DNA from: Candidatus Tharpella sp.
Lineage (GTDB): Bacteria; Desulfobacterota; Anaeroferrophillalia; Anaeroferrophillales; Tharpellaceae
DNA: 64,000 nucleotides
NCBI GenBank assembly: GCA_021161425.1
Contig: JAGHAQ010000006.1
Span: 11,142 to 75,141, forward strand
Reading direction: 5' to 3'
Of this stretch, positions 58,970 through 64,000 are shown piece by piece. A model generated the notes under the pieces. The model worked only from the letters and a program-made list of their open reading frames with translations. It had not been told where the DNA came from and searched no databases. Position numbers and translations under genes: made by a program. The first letter of the stretch is position 1. Each line of letters starts with the position of its first letter.

Positions 58970-60610
58970 CTATCCCAAATAACGAGCCAGTGCTTCACCA
59001 ATTACCTCTTTGGTAAAAGGTTTATGGAGGATTTCGTTAACCCCGGCCGCTTTCGCAGCTTCACTATCCTGGTTTTTATTTTGCGTGGTGACCATGAGCA
59101 CCGGCATCTCCTCTTTACTAAACAACTGGCGGATACGCCGGGTCACTTCGATACCGGTAATCCCCGGCATATTGAGATCAGTCAAAACAGCATCGGGTTT
59201 CAGCTTACGAATCTCTTCAACAACAGCTTCGGGTTTCTGAAAGATAAACGGTTCGTAGCCCAACGCATGCAACATACTCCTGTAAATACCGAGAATCATT
59301 TTTGAGTCATCAATAGCAACAACCCTCTTCTTCGCCGTTTCTACAATCTCAGTGTTCTCCTCCTTGTCTCCTGACAACTCGGTAGCTTCTTTTTCAAAAC
59401 CGTTATCTTTAAGCAGAGAGATAAAATAGTCACGATTCTCGGCTTGGGCTCTCTCAACCAAATAAGCAAAAGCGTGTTGACGGAAAAAATCGATCTCCAA
59501 GAGATCTAGAAAAATGGTTCCGCTCTGGGTCGAGATAATTGTCCGCACCAGGTCAAGAGCTTCATCATCCTCAACCCGTACCATATTTTTAAGTCCGGCG
59601 GCCAGAACCTCATTGTAGTTATGGTTGATCGCAGTAGCGGCCGCGGAACGAACATTATCAACCGCATCATGCAGCCCGGTAGCAAGTACATAGGCCCCCT
59701 TGGTCAGTGACAAACGACCCAGGGTTTCATATGCGGCAAAACGAACATTGCCGTCGCGGGGCTGATTATGGATAAGTTTTTTTACCGCCGGGATTGCCCC
59801 TTCGTCCCCTATATCCCCCATCACATTAAGTGAATGAATCAACAGATCTGGATCACCTTGCAAAAGGTTGTCTGCCAATACCGGCAAAACCTTACTCCCC
59901 AAAGCGATCAGTTTTTCCTTGCCAACAGAACGGATATGGGCATGATGTGAAGTCAGGGTATTATTGAGTTTTTTTATCGCTTCCTGAGACTGTACCTTAA
60001 GGAAAACATCCAGAATGGCAAAATCGAGCTCTTGCTTATGTCCCAACCTTTCATAGAGTCGATGAATCGCCGCCGCTGACCCAAGTTGCCCCAAGGCCTT
60101 GACTGCAGCCAATACCAGGTCATCATTATCAGTATAAAGAAGTTCCGCAATATTAGCCGCAGCCCCGGAATCGCCAATCTCCCCTAAAGCGATGACCACT
60201 TTTTCCAAAAGATCATGATCTTCTTCATTAATCAGGATTGCCATCAGAATATGATAGGCATCATCCAGTCCGATCTCTCCGGCCAACTCAATGAGATATT
60301 CACGACTATCGGACTTTGCGTCCTGTAAAAGCTCCATGTATACAGCCGGAGCCTCGAGAATCCGAGCCACCAGGCGCTCTTTCAAGTCGGGAAATGAGTT
60401 GCTTAAATAGGGGAATTTATCGAGGACTGCCGCCAGCAGAGGGATTGCAAATTCAGGCGGACTCTGCCAGAAAAGATCGAGGGCCTCTTTCTGTACGGCA
60501 AGATCCATCTCGGCAATATATGAAAGGACGATGTTTGCCTTGACTGCATCTTTCTCAGCAATATTATTTTTTATTTCCGTGATGAATGCGGCCGGCTTGA
60601 TCTTAGCCAT
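58970..60610 (-). CDS. HEAT/PBS-lyase-repeat protein with C-terminal receiver domain (response regulator)
   Basis: The N-terminus carries repeated HEAT-like LxxAxxALGxIGDxxA units. The C-terminus is a REC domain (RVVAIDDSKMILGIYR…VLTDLNMPGITGIEV…VLMVTTQ). Confidence 0.8.
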   Translation of the reverse strand: MAKIKPAAFITEIKNNIAEKDAVKANIVLSYIAEMDLAVQKEALDLFWQSPPEFAIPLLAAVLDKFPYLSNSFPDLKERLVARILEAPAVYMELLQDAKSDSREYLIELAGEIGLDDAYHILMAILINEEDHDLLEKVVIALGEIGDSGAAANIAELLYTDNDDLVLAAVKALGQLGSAAAIHRLYERLGHKQELDFAILDVFLKVQSQEAIKKLNNTLTSHHAHIRSVGKEKLIALGSKVLPVLADNLLQGDPDLLIHSLNVMGDIGDEGAIPAVKKLIHNQPRDGNVRFAAYETLGRLSLTKGAYVLATGLHDAVDNVRSAAATAINHNYNEVLAAGLKNMVRVEDDEALDLVRTIISTQSGTIFLDLLEIDFFRQHAFAYLVERAQAENRDYFISLLKDNGFEKEATELSGDKEENTEIVETAKKRVVAIDDSKMILGIYRSMLHALGYEPFIFQKPEAVVEEIRKLKPDAVLTDLNMPGITGIEVTRRIRQLFSKEEMPVLMVTTQNKNQDSEAAKAAGVNEILHKPFTKEVIGEALARYLG

Positions 60611-60648
60611 TAAATGACCCTTTCTAAACTGGTTTCACTGATAACCAT

Positions 60649-60831
60649 TCAGTCTTCATAATAGCCGACATACTTTTTCTCAATCCACATTCCGACCAGA
60701 ACCATCACGCCGCCAACGCCAATCACCAGAGATGCAATAACATAGAGGTCATGCATCAGCCACATGGCAATGCCGCAGACTGCCAGGAAAAAACCAAGAA
60801 CTTCCAGTATGGGAATAAAAATTTTATTCAT
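60649..60831 (-). CDS. Hypothetical small membrane protein (60 aa, two TM helices)
   Basis: The ORF is hydrophobic (FIPILEVLGFFLAVCGIAMWL; IASLVIGVGGVMVLVGMWI). There is no family hint, and it could be spurious. Confidence 0.35.
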   Translation of the reverse strand: MNKIFIPILEVLGFFLAVCGIAMWLMHDLYVIASLVIGVGGVMVLVGMWIEKKYVGYYED

Positions 60832-60883
60832 CTGTTCGTATGCCTTTGTAAAAATTAGTAGTCACGCTCGACCGGTTGATCCA

Positions 60884-61618
60884 TCAGCCCGTTTGTGGAA
60901 GGAACATGTTAAGATATTGGGCAAAAATGGAAAGATAATCAAAGATCAACATAAAACCGACAATAACCAGGAAGATGCCACTGACGATACTTACAATCCG
61001 CAAATAACGATTAAAACGAGAAAAGTAAGAGAGAAAGGTGTTAAATGCCAGGGCCGAAACCAGAAACGGCAGGCCCAGACCCAAGGAGTAGGCAACCAGC
61101 AGGGTAACCCCGCCACCGACATTTTCAGAGGTACTGGCGTAAAGCAGGATACTTGCCAAAATCGGCCCGATACAGGGCGTCCAACCCGCCGCAAAGGCGA
61201 TCCCGACAAGTACCGAACCTAAATATCCCAGAGGCTTATCATTGAACTCGAAACGTTTTTCCCGTTCCAGAAGATTGAGCTTCACCAGTCCGGTAATGTG
61301 AATACCAAGAAGAACGACAATTACGCCACCGACACGGCGAATCAGAACTTGATTCTCCTGAAAAAAATTGCCGACATAGGTCGCTGAAGCTCCGAGAGCC
61401 ACAAAAACCAACGTAAACCCGAGAATGAAAAAGAGGGAGTGAAAAAGGGTACGCCGCCGCACCGAACGACTCCGACTTTCAACCAGCTCATCAAATGAGA
61501 TGCCGGTAATATAGGTCAGGTATGAAGGAATAAGCGGCAGGACGCAAGGCGAGATAAAAGATAATATCCCGGCCGTAAAAGCGATCAACAACGATATCTG
61601 GGAAGTAGAAGATTCCAT
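60884..61618 (-). CDS. ccdA: Cytochrome c-type biogenesis protein CcdA (DsbD transmembrane domain family)
   Basis: SPCVLPL and TPCIGP are conserved Cys motifs. Six TM helices are present. Confidence 0.85.
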   Translation of the reverse strand: MESSTSQISLLIAFTAGILSFISPCVLPLIPSYLTYITGISFDELVESRSRSVRRRTLFHSLFFILGFTLVFVALGASATYVGNFFQENQVLIRRVGGVIVVLLGIHITGLVKLNLLEREKRFEFNDKPLGYLGSVLVGIAFAAGWTPCIGPILASILLYASTSENVGGGVTLLVAYSLGLGLPFLVSALAFNTFLSYFSRFNRYLRIVSIVSGIFLVIVGFMLIFDYLSIFAQYLNMFLPQTG

Positions 61619-61633
61619 TATAATAATAAATTT

Positions 61634-62746
61634 TTACGAAATAATTAGAGGTTTTTTACATCTTTCCAAAGTCTCTCGCAAGAGCCCGGCATCGATATTC
61701 TCTTCGAGATAAGGCTCACCAAGAGCACGTAGCAGGATCATCGACAAACCACGACCAGCCTTCTTGTCACGACGCATCAAATCGATAAGTTCATCGGGAT
61801 CCGCTTCGACCGGAACCAGCATCGGTAGATCATAAAGTTGGAGAAGCTGTAAGGCTCTCTGAAAACCGGCCTCAGCCAGCAATTTCATAGACACGGAAAG
61901 CGACAGGGCACAGACCAGACCGATGGCAACGGCTTCACCATGGGCAAGATCTTGATAGGCATACATTTTCTCTAAAGCATGGCCGACCGTATGACCAAGG
62001 TTCAGGACGGCCCTAACCCCTAAAAGGTCATATTCATCACGAACCACGTAATCAGCTTTAATACGACTGCAGGAGCGCGCCATGATCGCCAGGCTACGTG
62101 GATTTCGCTTCATGATGTCAGCCTGGTTCATCTCCAGAAAAGAGATAAAATCATCACCGGCTAAAAGTCCGTATTTGATTACTTCACCAAGTCCGCAAAG
62201 GCACTCACGCTCCGGCAAAGTAGCAATAAAATCAACATCAGAGATCACCACCCGGGGCTGATAAGTTGTCCCGACAAGATTTTTACCGACCTCCAGATTG
62301 ACCCCGTTTTTACCACCGATAGCACTGTCAACCTGGGCCAAAATGGTAGTCGGCAACTGAATCAGGTCGACGCCCCTCATATAGGTAGCCGCAGCAAAAC
62401 CGGCAAGATCTCCGACTACCCCACCACCCAATGCACAGATAAAGCCATTGCGCTGAAGTCCAGCCTTAAAGATCTCCTGATAAAGCCGCTGCAAAACCGC
62501 ATGATTTTTATACTCTTCTCCGTCCGGCAGAATAATTGCGGTACTTTCATAACCGGCCGTTGCCAACCACTCCTGCACCCGCCTCAGATGGAGAGGGGCA
62601 ATCGTCGTATTGGTCACCACAACCCCTTGATTGCCGCGCAAACGGGGCAACAACAGGCCGTCACCGCCGACTTTGGTCAAGCCGGAACCGATGTAAATCG
62701 AATAACTTCGCGATTCAAGTGAAACAGTCAGTTTATGAGAAGTCAT
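61634..62746 (-). CDS. aroB: 3-dehydroquinate synthase
   Basis: The nucleotide-binding loop GGGVVGDLAGFAAATYMRG is present. …DSAIGGKNGVNL… and HxxGH metal ligands (LGHTVGHALE) follow. Confidence 0.9.
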   Translation of the reverse strand: MTSHKLTVSLESRSYSIYIGSGLTKVGGDGLLLPRLRGNQGVVVTNTTIAPLHLRRVQEWLATAGYESTAIILPDGEEYKNHAVLQRLYQEIFKAGLQRNGFICALGGGVVGDLAGFAAATYMRGVDLIQLPTTILAQVDSAIGGKNGVNLEVGKNLVGTTYQPRVVISDVDFIATLPERECLCGLGEVIKYGLLAGDDFISFLEMNQADIMKRNPRSLAIMARSCSRIKADYVVRDEYDLLGVRAVLNLGHTVGHALEKMYAYQDLAHGEAVAIGLVCALSLSVSMKLLAEAGFQRALQLLQLYDLPMLVPVEADPDELIDLMRRDKKAGRGLSMILLRALGEPYLEENIDAGLLRETLERCKKPLIIS

Positions 62747-62749
62747 TCT

Positions 62750-63460
62750 CTACAGTTCACCACAAACCCGGCGACAGATCTCAAGGTAAGCCTCTTCAAC
62801 ATTACCCAGTTCATGCCGGAAACGATCCTTGTCGAGCTTTTCCAGGGTGTGGCGATCCCAGAGACGGCAGGTATCGGGACAGATCTCGTCAGCCAGCAGC
62901 ATCCGTCCATGGTAAACCCCAAATTCAAGTTTGAAATCGACCAGCAGGATATCACGTTCAAAAAGATAGTCACTCAATACCTGGTTAACTTTAAGAGCCG
63001 TTTCCCGAACCACATCAATCTGTTCAGCGGTCGCCAGGTTGAAAACCAATACATGGTCACGATTGATCATCGGATCATTAAGTGCGTCATCCTTATAATA
63101 ATACTCAACGATTGCCCGTGAAAGTTTTTCACCTTCACTGCGCCCCATCCGTTTGGAGAGACTACCGGCAATATAGTTGCGGATAACAACCTCAACCAAC
63201 ACGATATCGACTTTTTTGGCCAGCATCTCGCGGTCGGAGAGTTGCTCAATAAAGTGACTCTCAATCCCCTTCTCCGCCAACATCTGAAATAATTTGGCCG
63301 AAACCCGGTTATTGATCACCCCCTTATCCTGGATGCTCCCTTTTTTGGCACCGTTGAAAGCGGTCGCATCATCCTTGAAATAGAGAATATTTTTATCCGG
63401 ATCATCGGTTGCGTAGATGATCTTAGCCTTGCCTTCGTAAAGTTTTTCGCGGCGTTCCAT
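62750..63460 (-). CDS. purC: Phosphoribosylaminoimidazole-succinocarboxamide synthase (SAICAR synthetase)
   Basis: LYEGKAKIIY… and VDFKLEFG are PurC signature segments. The protein is 236 aa. Confidence 0.93.
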   Translation of the reverse strand: MERREKLYEGKAKIIYATDDPDKNILYFKDDATAFNGAKKGSIQDKGVINNRVSAKLFQMLAEKGIESHFIEQLSDREMLAKKVDIVLVEVVIRNYIAGSLSKRMGRSEGEKLSRAIVEYYYKDDALNDPMINRDHVLVFNLATAEQIDVVRETALKVNQVLSDYLFERDILLVDFKLEFGVYHGRMLLADEICPDTCRLWDRHTLEKLDKDRFRHELGNVEEAYLEICRRVCGEL

Positions 63461-63510
63461 TTTTCAATTATCCTTATTATTTAAGATGAAACAGTCAAAA
63501 ATTCGGTATA

Positions 63511-64000
63511 CTAATCCCCGAAAACCCGAGTAAAGATTGCCGGCACATGACGCATATGATGTTCAAGACTAAACTTCTCTTCGATCTCTAATGCGGAGAG
63601 ATATTTTGCAACATCCTCATCCTTAATCAAGTACTCTTTAAATGAACCGCCATCATTAAACGCCTGCATAGCATTACGCTGAACCCAACGATAAGCGTCC
63701 TCTCGCGAAACCCCGGCCCGAGCCAGGGCCAGGAGGACGCCCTGTGAATAAATGGTGCCGCCGGTCAATTCGATATTTTTCAGCATCCTTTCAGGATAAA
63801 CGACCAGTTTTTCCATCATTCCAGCAAAACGATGGAGCATGAAATCAAGTAAAATAGTCGCATCCGGAGCGATTACCCGCTCTACCGATGAGTGACTGAT
63901 ATCACGCTCGTGCCACAAGGCAACATTCTCCATCGCCGCCAGGGCATGAGAACGAACCAAGCGGGCAAGACCGCAAAGGTTCTCAGAAAGTACCGGGTTA
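63511..64000 (-). CDS. purB: Adenylosuccinate lyase, C-terminal part (gene continues beyond window end)
   Basis: The PurB C-terminal domain is present (…ENVALWHERDISHSSVER…). The reading frame stays open to the window edge. Confidence 0.9.
   Translation of the reverse strand, partial: NPVLSENLCGLARLVRSHALAAMENVALWHERDISHSSVERVIAPDATILLDFMLHRFAGMMEKLVVYPERMLKNIELTGGTIYSQGVLLALARAGVSREDAYRWVQRNAMQAFNDGGSFKEYLIKDEDVAKYLSALEIEEKFSLEHHMRHVPAIFTRVFGD

Noticed and set aside
1-64000. CRISPR arrays, IS elements, prophage or integrase-bounded islands
   Set aside because: No short direct-repeat/spacer periodicity was seen anywhere. The only recombinase (25700-26593) has XerC/XerD architecture and sits in a housekeeping gene string. 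No transposase-like ORFs or terminal inverted repeats were found.

Overview
The window reads as a chromosomal segment of a Desulfuromonadota-type deltaproteobacterium (Geobacter/Pelobacter/Desulfuromonas-like). The taxon is an inference from gene content and synteny, not a database hit. It is mostly core genome, annotated from the six-frame ORF track plus motif reading by eye. No BLAST or HMM search was run.

Content, in order:
- 1-2.8 kb: the tail of an exopolysaccharide locus. An EPS-associated MarR regulator 3' end, gmd, fcl and a truncated sugar-transferase remnant.
- 3.2-13.4 kb: the conserved rimP-nusA-ylxR-infB-rbfA-DHH phosphoesterase-truB-rpsO-pnp string.
- 13.6-26.9 kb: a long co-directional minus-strand string with short gaps. 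From the upstream end it reads hfq, xerD, a DHH-CBS-poly(A) polymerase/CCA fusion, NUDIX, an RND efflux pair, a large PhnD-like/PAS sensor kinase, a GAF protein and the AmmeMemoRadiSam components B (MEMO) and A (AMMECR1). The radical-SAM partner is not present.
- 27.1-29.2 kb: a MoxR AAA+ ATPase and a CoxE-like VWA protein.
- 29.2-33.3 kb: trmJ, rlmB, a membrane coiled-coil protein and a phosphomannomutase.
- 33.7 kb: tRNA-Phe (minus strand), next to an orphan flagellar-rod-like small protein.
- 34.2-41.5 kb: a six-gene Hyf/Ehr-like group-4 hydrogenase-related membrane complex. Its large subunit appears to lack the Ni-binding CxxC motif.
- 41.7-52.4 kb: a His-rich hypothetical protein, ssb, a 3-hydroxyacyl-CoA dehydrogenase, an atypical PfkB-family kinase, rpmB, relA/spoT, a SPOR protein and a second EF-G.
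- 52.7-58.8 kb: a chemotaxis module. STAS, CheA with a C-terminal receiver, CheW, CheB and CheR.
- 59.0-64.0 kb: a convergent HEAT-repeat response regulator, a small membrane ORF, ccdA, aroB, purC and the purB 3' end.

No CRISPR array, IS element or prophage was seen. The most interesting candidates are the radical-SAM-less AMMECR1/MEMO pair embedded with a GAF protein and sensor kinase, the Ehr-like complex, and the atypical PfkB kinase.

Manually counted coordinates for RNA, hairpin and repeat features may be off by 1-2 nt.
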